DNA of 64,000 nt from Chloroflexota bacterium. GTDB taxonomy: Bacteria; Chloroflexota; Anaerolineae; Anaerolineales; VGOW01. The notes under the pieces are model-generated. The model was not told the origin of the DNA. It searched no databases and was given only the letters and a program-made list of their open reading frames with translations. Shown piece after piece: positions 28,384 to 38,484 of this stretch; the stretch's first letter is position 1; every line of letters starts with the position of its first letter. Location: the NCBI GenBank assembly GCA_016197225.1, contig JACPWC010000057.1, positions 44,675 through 108,674 of the forward strand, read 5' to 3'. Made by a program: the position numbers and the translations under genes.

Positions 28384-29030
28384 GTATGGAGATCATCGAA
28401 CATCTTTATGCTCTGGTGGTCGAAGACGACGCGCGCTGGCGCGTCCTCTACGAAGGAATTCTGATCGAGGCCGGCTATGTATGCCGCTTTGCCGAGAGCT
28501 ACGGCGAAGCGCGTGGCTGGTTACAGCGGGCAATGTTCAAGCTGGCGATTGTAGATTTGCACCTGGCCAGTTCGGCGGAGCGGCAGGAAAACAAAGACGG
28601 TTTCTCTTTTTTGCGGGCGGCGCGTCAGCGGGGCGTGCCGGCCATTGTGGTGAGCGCCCTGGGAGCGCCGGAAGACATTGATCGGGCTTACGAAGAATTC
28701 GGCGCGTTCGCTTTCGTGGAGAAAGAGTTGTTCAACCGCCACACCTTTGCCCGCTTGGTCGCCGAAGCTGTGGCAACAGCCAGCCTGTCTGAAGGAGAAG
28801 TCAAATCCGCGCCACATTTCGCGGACGAATTGACCGAGCGCGAGCGCGAAGTGTTAGCCCTGCTCACCCGGGGTTGCACCAATCGCCAAATTGCGGAGGC
28901 GTTGCTCATCACGCCCAACACCGTCAAGAAGCACGTTGACCACATCCTGCAAAAGCTGAACGTGAGCAACCGGGCGGCGGCAGTGGCGGCGGCCCTGCGC
29001 GACGGATTTATAGGAGAAAGCACCCGATGA
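28380..29030 (+). CDS. response regulator, NarL/FixJ family (REC + LuxR-type HTH)
   Basis: ALVVEDD...IVDLHL receiver region; C-terminal LTEREREVLALLTRGCTNRQIAEALLITPNTVKKHVDHILQKL LuxR HTH. ATGA overlap with the kinase stop. Confidence 0.85.
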   Translation: MSMEIIEHLYALVVEDDARWRVLYEGILIEAGYVCRFAESYGEARGWLQRAMFKLAIVDLHLASSAERQENKDGFSFLRAARQRGVPAIVVSALGAPEDIDRAYEEFGAFAFVEKELFNRHTFARLVAEAVATASLSEGEVKSAPHFADELTEREREVLALLTRGCTNRQIAEALLITPNTVKKHVDHILQKLNVSNRAAAVAAALRDGFIGESTR

Positions 29031-30364
29031 CACTCGAACCGGCCCGGTTCGCCCAATACCGGCCTCGCCCGCTGGAAATTATTGATACCACGCTGCGCGA
29101 GGGACAGCAGACCTCTCTTCTGCACGATCACTATAAATATTTTTTCACCCGCGCCGACAAGGAAGAAATTCTGAGCGCGTTGATTACTTACGGAGTCAAA
29201 TTTGTCGAGTTGTTCGCCCCGGTCGTCAGCGCCCAGGAGCGGGACGATTTCGCGGCGCTCAAGGCCGCGCGCGATGCGCTCATTACCCAGAAGGGCTACA
29301 CCTTCCTGCTTGCCCACGTCCGCTGTCATCCGCGCGATGTGGAATCCGCAATCCAGGCCGGAGCCGACGGCCTGAACTTCTACATCGGTACTTCAGCCGA
29401 GTCGCAGGCCTTCAATCATGGGCGCGATCTTAAGTCCATTGCTACTGAAGCCCGGACGCTGATCGAAGACGTGCGCCGCTGTTATCCCCATCTCATCCTG
29501 CGCTTCTCGGGCGAAGACGCCTTCCGCACCCGTGAAGCCGACCTCTTCCGCGTGTACGATGAAATTGCGCCGCTCGTGGATCGCCTGGGACTCCCGGACA
29601 CGGTCGGGGTTGCCACTCCGGCCAGCGTTGCCCAGCGCGTCGAGGCCCTGCAAACCCGTTACCCGCAGATGGAGTTCGAGGGCCATTTTCACGACGACCG
29701 GGGCTTTGCTTTGATCAATGCCCTCGCCGCCGTCGGTCATGGCGCGCGTTACCTCAACACCACCGTCCTCGGCTTCGGCGAGCGGTCGGGCATCACCTCG
29801 CTCACCGCCCTGCTGTTCAACTTGTATATTGATCGCGACTACGACAAGCTCGAAGGCTATCACCTGCGCGGCTCTTATCCGCTCAACGTTCTGGTCGCCG
29901 ACAAGCTCAAGAAGCTTGTCCCATCCAAAGAGCCGGTGAGCCTCACCAACCGAACGCACACCGCGGGCGTGCATCAAAACGCGGTCTTGCGTGATTCGTC
30001 GGCTTACGAGGCGCATCCGCTTGATGTCTTCGGGGTGAGCGCGTCCGAGATTCTGCTTGGCCCGCTCTCCGGCTGGAACATCATCCATTACTTTCTCAAA
30101 GAGATTCGCTACTACCAACTTGATGAGGCCGTCGCCAAAGAGATCGCCGTCGTCTTCAAGGAGCGCGTCTATCAACTTGCGCCCGACATTTCGCCCGAAC
30201 AGGTGTTGATCGGTATTGCTGAGAATCAATTCGGCCTGGCCCGTTTGCAACTGCCGGAGACAGCGCGTAGCCAGATCATCCAACGACTCGACTCGCCTGA
30301 GGGTGAGCGCGAGGCCGGGGTGGCGGGCGTCCCACTCAACGGGCGCTCGAAGGACGTTCACTGA
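29027..30364 (+). CDS. DRE-TIM metallolyase: homocitrate/2-isopropylmalate/citramalate-synthase-like enzyme with a divergent active-site motif
   Basis: [11 protein letters not shown] where LeuA/CimA have RDGEQ and Thermus homocitrate synthase has REGEQ (motif comparison from memory, not checked against an alignment); [17 protein letters not shown]...GFGERSGI (H-x-H metal site). 445 aa; ATGA overlap with the upstream regulator. Confidence 0.7.
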   Translation: MTLEPARFAQYRPRPLEIIDTTLREGQQTSLLHDHYKYFFTRADKEEILSALITYGVKFVELFAPVVSAQERDDFAALKAARDALITQKGYTFLLAHVRCHPRDVESAIQAGADGLNFYIGTSAESQAFNHGRDLKSIATEARTLIEDVRRCYPHLILRFSGEDAFRTREADLFRVYDEIAPLVDRLGLPDTVGVATPASVAQRVEALQTRYPQMEFEGHFHDDRGFALINALAAVGHGARYLNTTVLGFGERSGITSLTALLFNLYIDRDYDKLEGYHLRGSYPLNVLVADKLKKLVPSKEPVSLTNRTHTAGVHQNAVLRDSSAYEAHPLDVFGVSASEILLGPLSGWNIIHYFLKEIRYYQLDEAVAKEIAVVFKERVYQLAPDISPEQVLIGIAENQFGLARLQLPETARSQIIQRLDSPEGEREAGVAGVPLNGRSKDVH

Positions 30365-31686
30365 TGGGATACACGTTTGCCGAAAAAGCTCTGGCCCGCG
30401 CCGCCGGGCTGTCCCACGCCGTCGCCGGGCAAGTGGTGGACGCCCGCCCCGACATTGTCCTCTCGCACGACAACACGGCGGCCATCGCCAAAATCTTTCG
30501 CTCTATCGGGCTGGAGCGCGTGGCTATCCCCGACCGAATGGCGATCACCCTCGACCACGCCGTGCCAGCGCCCACTACCAAACACGCTCAGAACCACGCC
30601 GAAGTGCGAGCCTTCGTCAAAGAGCAGGGCATCAAGCATTTCTTTGAAGTCGGGCGCGGCATTTGTCATCAGGTCTTCAGTGAAGAAGCGTTGATCCTGC
30701 CCGGCCAACTCATCCTGGGATCGGACTCGCACACGGCGCACTTCGGCTGGCTGGGGGCGTTTGGCGCGGGCGTGGGCCGTACCGAAGTGGCCGCCCTGTG
30801 GGCGACCGGCGAACTCTGGTTGCGCGTGCCGGAGAGCATGAAGATTGTGGTCACCGGCGAACTGGGCCGGGGCATCACCGCCAAAGACCTGTCCCTGCAT
30901 ATCATCGGCCAACTCGGCGCAGAGGGCGGGTTGTACATGTCGGTCGAACTCTCCGGCCCGGCCATCGAACAGATGAGTCTGGAGAGCCGCATGGTTATCC
31001 CCAATATGATGGCCGAGTTTGGGGCGAAGAATGCCTACCTTGCCCCGGACGAAAAAGTGTTTGAGTATCTGGCCGAGAGGCGGCTCAGACGTGTTGCGTA
31101 TTCCGTATTGCGTAACGCGGACGCTCGGTCAGCCATCAACGATCAGAAATCAACTATCAAAGAATTGGCTCTGTATCCGGACCCCGACGCAGTTTACGCC
31201 GCCGTTCATACCTTTGACGCCTCAGCCATCAGTCTCACCGTCTCTTGCCCCCACACCGTTGACTCAACCCAACCCCTTTCCGCCGTCCGGGGAACGCGCA
31301 TCCATCAGGCCTTCATCGGGACTTGCACCAACGGGCGCGTGGAAGACCTCGCGGCGGCGGCAGAAATCGTGAGGGGCAGGAAAGTTGCTCCGGGCACCCG
31401 CCTGCTCGTCGTCCCGGCCTCCTCTGAAGTTTATGCCGATGCGATTCGCCTGGGCCACGTTCAGACGCTGATGGAGGCAGGCGCGGTGTTCGGCACGCCG
31501 GGCTGTGGGCCGTGCATGGGCAACCACATGGGCGTGCTGGCCCCGGGCGAAGTCTGCCTCTCGACGGCCAACCGCAACTTCAAGGGCCGCATGGGACAGC
31601 CTGAGGCGGAAATTTATCTGGCCAGCCCGGCGGTGGTAGCGGCGAGCGCGGTGACGGGCGTGATTACCGATCCGAGAGAGTTGTGA
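30364..31686 (+). CDS. aconitase-family dehydratase large subunit (3-isopropylmalate dehydratase / homoaconitase LeuC-HacA-like)
   Basis: GICHQV...LGSDSHT...GTCTNGR...GCGPCMG, the aconitase-family Cys ligand motifs; ~440 aa archaeal-type. Contains an in-frame CGTATT heptamer insertion. Confidence 0.8.
   Translation: MGYTFAEKALARAAGLSHAVAGQVVDARPDIVLSHDNTAAIAKIFRSIGLERVAIPDRMAITLDHAVPAPTTKHAQNHAEVRAFVKEQGIKHFFEVGRGICHQVFSEEALILPGQLILGSDSHTAHFGWLGAFGAGVGRTEVAALWATGELWLRVPESMKIVVTGELGRGITAKDLSLHIIGQLGAEGGLYMSVELSGPAIEQMSLESRMVIPNMMAEFGAKNAYLAPDEKVFEYLAERRLRRVAYSVLRNADARSAINDQKSTIKELALYPDPDAVYAAVHTFDASAISLTVSCPHTVDSTQPLSAVRGTRIHQAFIGTCTNGRVEDLAAAAEIVRGRKVAPGTRLLVVPASSEVYADAIRLGHVQTLMEAGAVFGTPGCGPCMGNHMGVLAPGEVCLSTANRNFKGRMGQPEAEIYLASPAVVAASAVTGVITDPREL
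31093..31119. repeat. CGTATT-heptamer element copy inside the LeuC-like CDS
   Basis: gttgcgtattccgtattgcgtaacgcg, the same heptamers as the 2215-2282 hairpin; in frame ([12 protein letters not shown]). Confidence 0.55.
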
Positions 31687-31696
31687 GTTTGGGGGT

Positions 31697-32239
31697 GTGG
31701 GTGTGACTCAATCAACAATTATTGGCAGAGTCTGGAAATACGGCGACGGGGTGAATACCGACGTGATCTTCCCCGGCAAGCATACCTACACCTTGCGCGA
31801 ACCAGATGAGATCGCGGCGCACGCGCTGGAAGACCTCGATCCAGGTTTTGCGGCGCAGGCCCGGCCGGGCGACATCGTCGTCGCCGGGCGCAACTGGGGC
31901 AACGGCAGCTCGCGCGAGCAGGCCGTCACCTGCCTGAAGTACAAAGGCATTGCCGCCGTCGTCGCCAAATCGTTCGCCCGCATCTACTTTCGCAACGGCA
32001 TCAATCAAGGCCTGTTGCTTATCACCTGCCCGGAGGCCGTGGACGCGGCGCAGGTTGGAGACATGATGGAGATTGACCTGGCCGGCAGTCTGATCCGTCT
32101 CGCTTCGCGCGGGCGAGAGTACACATTCCCGCCTTTATCCTCCACTGCCCTGAGCATCATCGAAGCGGGCGGCCTGGTGCCGCACCTGCGGCAGAAACTT
32201 GGGCTGAGTGGCACGGCGGATGTGCGGATGACGGATTAG
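31697..32239 (+). CDS. aconitase-family dehydratase small subunit (LeuD/HacB-like)
   Basis: [14 protein letters not shown]...[14 protein letters not shown], the LeuD signature. Confidence 0.8.
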   Translation: MGVTQSTIIGRVWKYGDGVNTDVIFPGKHTYTLREPDEIAAHALEDLDPGFAAQARPGDIVVAGRNWGNGSSREQAVTCLKYKGIAAVVAKSFARIYFRNGINQGLLLITCPEAVDAAQVGDMMEIDLAGSLIRLASRGREYTFPPLSSTALSIIEAGGLVPHLRQKLGLSGTADVRMTD

Positions 32240-32251
32240 GGAACGCGCCTA

Positions 32252-32737
32252 TCACCGCCGCCGCGCTTTTTTGGCCCGCAGTCGTTCCTTTTTGTTCGGC
32301 TTGTGTTTCTCCTTAGCCCGCCCTGGCAAGGCAGGCGGCCCCCCGGGCGCGCCGTCGGAATGGATAAATTCCACCAGCGGATATGGATTATCGTCAGTGC
32401 CGAGGGGCAAATGCCGCTTTGACTCCGGCACGGCGTCCAAATCTACCAGGCCCAGCGGGGCCCATTCCGAGCCGATATTCCAACCCTGTTTGCCAAAGCC
32501 CAGCATCTCGCTCACCCGGTCGCCGTTGATCACTATCGTCGGGCAGGCGGGACAAAACCAGCCAAAGTCTCCGCCCAGCACAAAGCTGTCGGCGATACGC
32601 CTCCCCTGCCGGGTGGCGATCATGTACGTCGCGCGTTCTTGCTTCAACGCCGCGCCGCAGTTCGGGCAAGGTTCCGGCCGGCCCGTGAATGAGTGAACGA
32701 AACACTTTCTTCGGATAGTCTGGTCAATGGTTGTCAT
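32252..32737 (-). CDS. small zinc-ribbon protein with a lysine/arginine-rich C-terminal tail
   Basis: ATG 32737; CPNC...CPAC paired CxxC motifs; C-terminus KEKHKPNKKERLRAKKARRR. The ORF track entry 32252-33712 is mostly antisense to the dehydrogenase gene; only the 3' 161 codons look genuine. Confidence 0.45.
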   Translation of the reverse strand: MTTIDQTIRRKCFVHSFTGRPEPCPNCGAALKQERATYMIATRQGRRIADSFVLGGDFGWFCPACPTIVINGDRVSEMLGFGKQGWNIGSEWAPLGLVDLDAVPESKRHLPLGTDDNPYPLVEFIHSDGAPGGPPALPGRAKEKHKPNKKERLRAKKARRR

Positions 32738-32776
32738 TGGTTTGACTCCCCTCACTGACTGTATCTTACCGCGACC

Positions 32777-32815
32777 CGAGACTTCCGAAGTCTTAAAGAC
32801 TTCGGAAGTCTGGGA
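32777..32815. repeat. perfect 15-bp inverted repeat AGACTTCCGAAGTCT-taa-AGACTTCGGAAGTCT (intergenic, divergent promoter region)
   Basis: Read directly; the same element occurs inside gltB. Confidence 0.8.
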
Positions 32816-32845
32816 TTCTCGTGAGTGTATAATCTCTGGAGTCAG

Positions 32846-33838
32846 ATGAACAAAACGATTGTCCTCATCCCCGGCGACGGCGTTGGGAAAGAAGTGATTC
32901 CGGCGGCGGCGGAGGTGCTGGCGGCGCTTGGCCTGGGGTTCAAATTCGTCGAAGCGCAGGCGGGCTTTGAGCACTTTCAAAAAACAGGCAACGCCATCCC
33001 CGACGAAACGCTGGCCGAGGTGGAAGCGGCCGGCGTCGCACTGTTCGGGGCGACTTCCTCCCCTTCCACCAGCGTGCCCGGCTATCGCAGTCCGATCCTG
33101 GCTCTGCGGAAGACTTTCGATTTGTACGCCAACCTGCGCCCTACCTTCTCGCTCCCCGGAAAATTTTCCCGGCCCAACGTCAATCTGCTCATCGTCCGCG
33201 AGAACACCGAGGGGCTGTACGCCGGGCGCGAACGCCGCGAGGGAGACACGGCGATTGCCGAAAGAGTCGTCACCGTGCGCGGGTCGGAACGAATCGCGCG
33301 GGCCGCGTTTGAACTGGCGAGGAAGAAAAAATCCCAAGTGACAATTGTCCACAAGGCTAACGTGCTCAAGCTGACCGACGGCCTGTTTCGCGAGTGTTGC
33401 CTGAGGGTAGCGGCGGAATTCCCGGAAGTGAAGGTGAGCGAAATGCTGGTGGACGCCATGGCGATGCGGCTGATGCGCGACCCGGAGAACTTTGAAGTGA
33501 TCGTGACGACCAACTTGTTTGGCGACATTCTCTCGGATGAGGCGAGCGCGCTGATGGGCGGCCTGGGGGTTGCGCCTTCGGCGAACGTGGGCGCGCGCGT
33601 TGCGGTGTTTGAGCCGGTTCACGGCTCCGCGCCGGATATTGCCGGGCAAGGCGTTGCCAACCCCATCGGGGCGATTCTGTCGGCGGGGATGTTGTTGGAT
33701 CACCTCGGCCACGTCGAGGCGGCGGATCGGGTCAGGAGGGCGGTCATGGCAACCCTGGTGGCCGGAGTCATGACAAAAGACCTGGGTGGTCAGGCGACGA
33801 CGAAGGAAGTGACGCGCAAGGTTTTGGCCGGTTTGTAA
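32846..33838 (+). CDS. isocitrate/isopropylmalate-dehydrogenase-family enzyme (3-isopropylmalate or homoisocitrate dehydrogenase)
   Basis: [13 protein letters not shown]; [13 protein letters not shown]; [12 protein letters not shown]; the [12 protein letters not shown]...GG region. TATAAT at 32828-32833 lies just upstream of ATG 32846. Confidence 0.8.
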   Translation: MNKTIVLIPGDGVGKEVIPAAAEVLAALGLGFKFVEAQAGFEHFQKTGNAIPDETLAEVEAAGVALFGATSSPSTSVPGYRSPILALRKTFDLYANLRPTFSLPGKFSRPNVNLLIVRENTEGLYAGRERREGDTAIAERVVTVRGSERIARAAFELARKKKSQVTIVHKANVLKLTDGLFRECCLRVAAEFPEVKVSEMLVDAMAMRLMRDPENFEVIVTTNLFGDILSDEASALMGGLGVAPSANVGARVAVFEPVHGSAPDIAGQGVANPIGAILSAGMLLDHLGHVEAADRVRRAVMATLVAGVMTKDLGGQATTKEVTRKVLAGL

Positions 33839-33958
33839 AGCGACTATTCACCCAATACCCCAAACGGGTGAGCAAGGGAAATGGCCCGCTTCGGTGACGA
33901 CAGAGTGCGGTCCGCTCCGTAAACTGCTAGAGAAATCCCGGCGGAACGGAGCAACCCC

Positions 33959-36900
33959 TTGCCTCACCCTTCATTCTCTAATTCCTCTCTCTCTCCCTAC
34001 GCCCCTCGTTTTGATCGCGGCGGTTGCGGCATCGGCTTTGTGGCCGACCAGCATGGCCGCCCAAGCCACGCTCTTCTGCTTCAAGCCCTTGAGGCGCTGA
34101 ACAACCTTCAACACCGGGGCGCATTGTCTGCCGACGCGCGCACTGGCGACGGGGCAGGCGTGCTCACCCCTCTTCCCCGCAACCTCTTCGCCCGTGAGGC
34201 TGAACGGCTCACCGGCCATTCCGTCAATCCCGATCAACTAGCCGTCGGCGTTTTCTTCTTTCAGCCGGACACAGCCGAGCAGTGCATGGCTCTGGCCGAG
34301 TCGGCGCTCGCGGCACAGGGCCTCCGCCTCTTGTGTTGGCGCGAAGTCCCCACCCACCCCGACGCTATTGGCGAACGCGCCCGCGCCACCATGCCGCGCA
34401 TCATGCAGGCAATAATCTATAACCAATTACCAATTACTAATTACCAATTTGAGCGCTCCCTCTACCTCGCCCGCAAACACTTCGAGCGCCACGCCCGCCC
34501 CCTCGGCGCGTACGTCCCCTCCTTCTCTTCGCGCACCATCGTCTACAAAGGCTTACTCCTCGCCCCGCAACTTCCGGCTTTCTACGCCGACCTGCAAGAC
34601 CCCGATTACGAAGCGCCGCTAGCCGTCTTTCATCAACGCTACAGCACGAACACGCTTCCCACCTGGCAGCGCGCCCAACCGTTCCGGGTGCTGTGCCACA
34701 ACGGCGAGATCAACACTTTGCAGGGCAACATTAACTGGATGAAGACGCGCGAGCCGCAATTAGACCTGTCAGGTCTTCTCCGCCCGGTGATTGATACCGG
34801 CGGCAGTGACTCGGCGATGCTCGACAACGCGGCGGAACTGCTGATGATGGGCGGGCGCGACATCCGGCACGCGCTCACCATGCTGGTCCCGCCCGCCTGG
34901 GAAAAGCTTCCCGACCTGACCGATGCCGTCCGCGATTTCTACGAATACCACACCTGCCTGACCGAACCCTGGGACGGGCCGGCGGCCCTGGTCTTCACCG
35001 ACGGTGCAACCGTCGGTGCAACCCTCGACCGCAACGGCCTGCGCCCGTGCCGTTACGTTGTCACCGAGGATGGATTGATCGCGGCGGCGTCCGAGGCCGG
35101 AGCGGTGGCCGTAGATGAAGCGCGCGTTCTCGTCAAAGGCAAACTCGGCCCCGGCCAGATGATCGCGGTGGACACGGCGCGCGGCCTGTTCTTCGAGGAC
35201 GGCCAGATCAAAGCCGAACTCGCCGCGCGAAAGCCCTATGGCGTTTGGGTGCGCGACAATCTGCGAAAACTCCCTGCAACAGCCACGCGAAGCGGCCATC
35301 AGCCACGCGAAGCGACCATCAGCCAGCAGGCCGCTTTCGGTTACACCAACGAAGAACTGGTCACGGTGATCCGTCCAATGGTCGAAAACAAAGCCGAGGC
35401 CATCGGCTCGATGGGCGACGACACTTCGCCGGCGGTGCTCTCGGACAAGCCCCGTCCGCTGTTCGGCTATTTCCGCCAGCGCTTCGCGGAAGTGACCAAC
35501 CCGCCGATTGACCCTCTGCGCGAAGAGTTGGTGATGTCGCTCCGTGTCCGGCTCGGCGCGCGCGGCAACTTCGTGGCTGAAACGCCGGAGCAGGCTCGAC
35601 TGCTCGAACTCGACAGCCCCTTCCTGACCGACGCCCAGTTGGCCGCCCTCAAAGCCGATCCTGAACTCAAGGCGGTGACTCTCTCAACGCTGTTCCGGGC
35701 GGCAGAGGGCGCGCCCGGGTTGCAGTTGGCGCTCGACCGGCTGTGCGCCGAAGCCGAACAGGCGGCGCGGGCCGGGGCGCAAGCCATCGTCCTGAGCGAC
35801 CGGGGCGTGGACGCCGAACACACTTTCATCCCATCGCTCCTCGCTCTCGGCGCGGTTCATCATCATCTTTTGCGGAGTGATTTGCGGGTGCAGGTAGATT
35901 TAGTAGTCGAAAGCGGCGAGCCGCGCGAGGTGCATCACTTTGCGGCACTCGTCGGTTATAGCGCGGCGGCCATCAACCCTTACCTGGTGTTGGCGGCCGC
36001 CGCCGGGTCGGGCCGGGATCAGGTGTCCCCCGAAGAGGCGGCGGCACGTTATCTTCATGCCGCCGAGCGCGGTCTGTTGAAGATCATGTCCAAGATGGGC
36101 ATCAGCACCGTAGATGCTTATTGCGGCGCGCAGATTTTTGAGGTCATCGGCTTGAGTAGTGAAGTAGTAGACGTTTATTTTGTCGGGACGGCCTCACACC
36201 TGGAAGGCCTCGGCCTGGACGGAATCGCCGACATCGTGCTGGCCTGGCATCGGGCCGCGTTTGGCGTAGACCGGCCTTCCCTCGACAGCCCCGGCTTCTA
36301 CAAATTCAAGCGCAACGGCGAACAGCACGCTTTCAGCCCGGCGGTTGTCCATGCCTTGCGCGATGCGGTGCGCACCCCCGGCGCGCTCAACGGCCACTGG
36401 GCCGAAGGGCACTCGGCTTACAAACGCTACAGCAAGCTCCAACACTCGCGAGCGCCGGTAGACGTGCGCGACCTGCTGGACTTTCACACCAATTACCAAT
36501 TACCAATTACTACCGATCAGGTGGAGTCCATTCCCACGATCATCCGCCGCTTCTCCACCGCCGCCATGTCGCACGGCGCGCTCTCGAAAGAGGCGCACGA
36601 GACCATGGCGATTGCCATGAACCGCCTCGGCGCGTGGAGCAACTCCGGCGAGGGCGGCGAAGACCCGGCGCGTTACTACGGCGAGAGCAACGACCGCATC
36701 AAGCAAGTGGCCTCGGCCCGCTTTGGCGTCACCCCGGCCTATCTCGTTTCGGCAGACGAATTGCAGATCAAAATGGCGCAAGGCTCCAAGCCCGGCGAGG
36801 GCGGGCAATTGCCGGGCCACAAAGTCACCGCCGAGATCGCCGCCATCCGTCACGCCACGCCCGGCGTGACGCTCATCTCGCCGCCGCCGCACCACGACAT

Positions 36901-38470
36901 TTACAGCATCGAAGACCTGGCGCAGTTGATCTACGACTTGCGGCAGATCAACCCGCGGGCGATCATCTCGGTCAAACTGGTGGCGCAGGCGGGAGTTGGC
37001 ACGATCGCGGCGGGTGTGGCAAAGGCGGGCGCGGACGCGATCCTCATCAGCGGCAGTTCCGGCGGCACCGGCGCGTCGCCGTTGAGCAGTATCAAATATG
37101 CGGGCATCCCCTGGGAACTTGGGCTGGCCGAGACGCAGTACGTTCTGATCGAGAACGGCTTGCGCGAGCGCGTTCGTTTACGAGCCGACGGCGGCCTGCG
37201 CACCGGGCGCGATGTGGTCGTGGCCGCCCTGCTCGGCGCGGACGAATACTCTTTCGGCACGGCGGCGGTGGTGGCCGAAGGTTGCCTCATGGCCCGCGCC
37301 TGCCACCTCAACACCTGCCCGGCCGGAATCGCCACCCAACGCCCGGAACTGCGGGCCAAGTTCGACGGCACGCCCGAACAAATCATGGCCTTCTTCATGC
37401 ACGCCGCTGAAGAAGTGCGTGAGATTCTGGCGAGCCTCGGGCTGGAGTCGCTCGACGAAGCGATTGGCCGGGTGGAATTGTTGAAGCAGATGGCCGCTCC
37501 GCGTGAGCGGCCTCTGGACCTCAGCCGCCTCTTGCTCGCGCCGCCGGGTGATGGCTCCCGGCGTTACACGGGTGAGCCGAATCGCGTTCCTTCGGACTCG
37601 CCGCTCAACGAGCAACTTCTGGCAGATTGCGAGCAACACTCAATCCTTGACCACCCCTGGCGGCCTCTGCGCCGGGAAAGTTTTGTGTACCACATCACCA
37701 ACCGCGACCGCGCCTTTGGGGCGCGGCTGGCCGGCGAGATTGCCATGCGCTACGGCGACGCCGGCCTGCCTGAGGGCACGATCAAAGTCACGCTCCGGGG
37801 CAGTGCCGGGCAATCGTTCGGCGCATTTGGCGTGCCGGGGCTAAATCTAACATTGATGGGCGAAGCGAACGACGACGTGGGCAAGGGTCTGGCTGGAGGG
37901 AGGATCGTTATCAAACAGACTTCCGAAGTCTCGCCGGTCTTTGGCGCTTCGGAAGTCTGGGGTTCGGAAGTCTGGGCGGAATCCCCCGTGCTTGCCGGGA
38001 ACACGGTGCTATATGGCGCAACCGGCGGCGAAGTCTTCATCGCCGGGCGGGCCGGTGAACGATTCGCCGTCCGCAACAGCGGCGCGACGGCGATTGTCGA
38101 AGGCGTGGGCGACCACGGCTGTGAGTATATGACCGGCGGGCTTGCCATCATCTTAGGCTCCATTGGCTACAACTTCGCGGCGGGGATGACGGGCGGCGTC
38201 GCCTTTTTGCTCGACGAGGACGGGCGAGCGCCAGCGCGAATCAACGGGCAGTTGGTTCAGGTCGAAGCGCCCAGCGACGAAGACCTGGAAATGTTGCGAG
38301 TCTGGATCGCCCAACATGCGCAACTGGCCGCCAGCAACAAGGCTCAAGCGTTGCTGGACAATTGGGCAGAGGCGTCGAAGCAGTTCTTGAAGGTCGCCCC
38401 AAAAGATCAACCGGCGGCTGGCCTCATTCCGGTAATATCGCCTGGGTTGGCTGTGCCTGTGCCGGGATAA
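33959..38470 (+). CDS. gltB: glutamate synthase large subunit
   Basis: N-terminal class-II amidotransferase CGIGFVA; FMN and GXGXG domain layout; ~1500 aa. The start is a TTG in the ORF track and the true start is uncertain. Contains three in-frame low-complexity inserts. Confidence 0.9.
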   Translation: MPHPSFSNSSLSPYAPRFDRGGCGIGFVADQHGRPSHALLLQALEALNNLQHRGALSADARTGDGAGVLTPLPRNLFAREAERLTGHSVNPDQLAVGVFFFQPDTAEQCMALAESALAAQGLRLLCWREVPTHPDAIGERARATMPRIMQAIIYNQLPITNYQFERSLYLARKHFERHARPLGAYVPSFSSRTIVYKGLLLAPQLPAFYADLQDPDYEAPLAVFHQRYSTNTLPTWQRAQPFRVLCHNGEINTLQGNINWMKTREPQLDLSGLLRPVIDTGGSDSAMLDNAAELLMMGGRDIRHALTMLVPPAWEKLPDLTDAVRDFYEYHTCLTEPWDGPAALVFTDGATVGATLDRNGLRPCRYVVTEDGLIAAASEAGAVAVDEARVLVKGKLGPGQMIAVDTARGLFFEDGQIKAELAARKPYGVWVRDNLRKLPATATRSGHQPREATISQQAAFGYTNEELVTVIRPMVENKAEAIGSMGDDTSPAVLSDKPRPLFGYFRQRFAEVTNPPIDPLREELVMSLRVRLGARGNFVAETPEQARLLELDSPFLTDAQLAALKADPELKAVTLSTLFRAAEGAPGLQLALDRLCAEAEQAARAGAQAIVLSDRGVDAEHTFIPSLLALGAVHHHLLRSDLRVQVDLVVESGEPREVHHFAALVGYSAAAINPYLVLAAAAGSGRDQVSPEEAAARYLHAAERGLLKIMSKMGISTVDAYCGAQIFEVIGLSSEVVDVYFVGTASHLEGLGLDGIADIVLAWHRAAFGVDRPSLDSPGFYKFKRNGEQHAFSPAVVHALRDAVRTPGALNGHWAEGHSAYKRYSKLQHSRAPVDVRDLLDFHTNYQLPITTDQVESIPTIIRRFSTAAMSHGALSKEAHETMAIAMNRLGAWSNSGEGGEDPARYYGESNDRIKQVASARFGVTPAYLVSADELQIKMAQGSKPGEGGQLPGHKVTAEIAAIRHATPGVTLISPPPHHDIYSIEDLAQLIYDLRQINPRAIISVKLVAQAGVGTIAAGVAKAGADAILISGSSGGTGASPLSSIKYAGIPWELGLAETQYVLIENGLRERVRLRADGGLRTGRDVVVAALLGADEYSFGTAAVVAEGCLMARACHLNTCPAGIATQRPELRAKFDGTPEQIMAFFMHAAEEVREILASLGLESLDEAIGRVELLKQMAAPRERPLDLSRLLLAPPGDGSRRYTGEPNRVPSDSPLNEQLLADCEQHSILDHPWRPLRRESFVYHITNRDRAFGARLAGEIAMRYGDAGLPEGTIKVTLRGSAGQSFGAFGVPGLNLTLMGEANDDVGKGLAGGRIVIKQTSEVSPVFGASEVWGSEVWAESPVLAGNTVLYGATGGEVFIAGRAGERFAVRNSGATAIVEGVGDHGCEYMTGGLAIILGSIGYNFAAGMTGGVAFLLDEDGRAPARINGQLVQVEAPSDEDLEMLRVWIAQHAQLAASNKAQALLDNWAEASKQFLKVAPKDQPAAGLIPVISPGLAVPVPG
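34423..34450. repeat. CCAATTA heptamer run inside gltB (encodes NQLPITNYQ)
   Basis: ccaattaccaattactaattaccaatt. Confidence 0.6.
36487..36512. repeat. second CCAATTA heptamer run inside gltB (encodes TNYQLPITT)
   Basis: caccaattaccaattaccaattacta. Confidence 0.6.
37917..37976. repeat. GACTTCCGAAGTCT-family palindromic element inserted in frame in the gltB C-terminal domain
   Basis: agacttccgaagtct-cgccggtctttggcg-cttcggaagtctgggg-ttcggaagtctggg; encodes TSEVSPVFGASEVWGSEVWAE. Confidence 0.75.
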
Positions 38471-38484
38471 GGCAGTAACCCCAT

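Noticed and set aside
32738-33712. 5' two-thirds of the 486-aa minus-strand ORF (32252-33712)
   Set aside because: Antisense to the dehydrogenase gene with a low-complexity translation. Only the 3' 161 codons (32252-32737) have protein-like features, and these are reported separately.
36634-37410. 258-aa alternative-frame ORF inside gltB
   Set aside because: Same strand but out of frame with a strongly conserved GltB FMN domain; Arg-rich junk translation.
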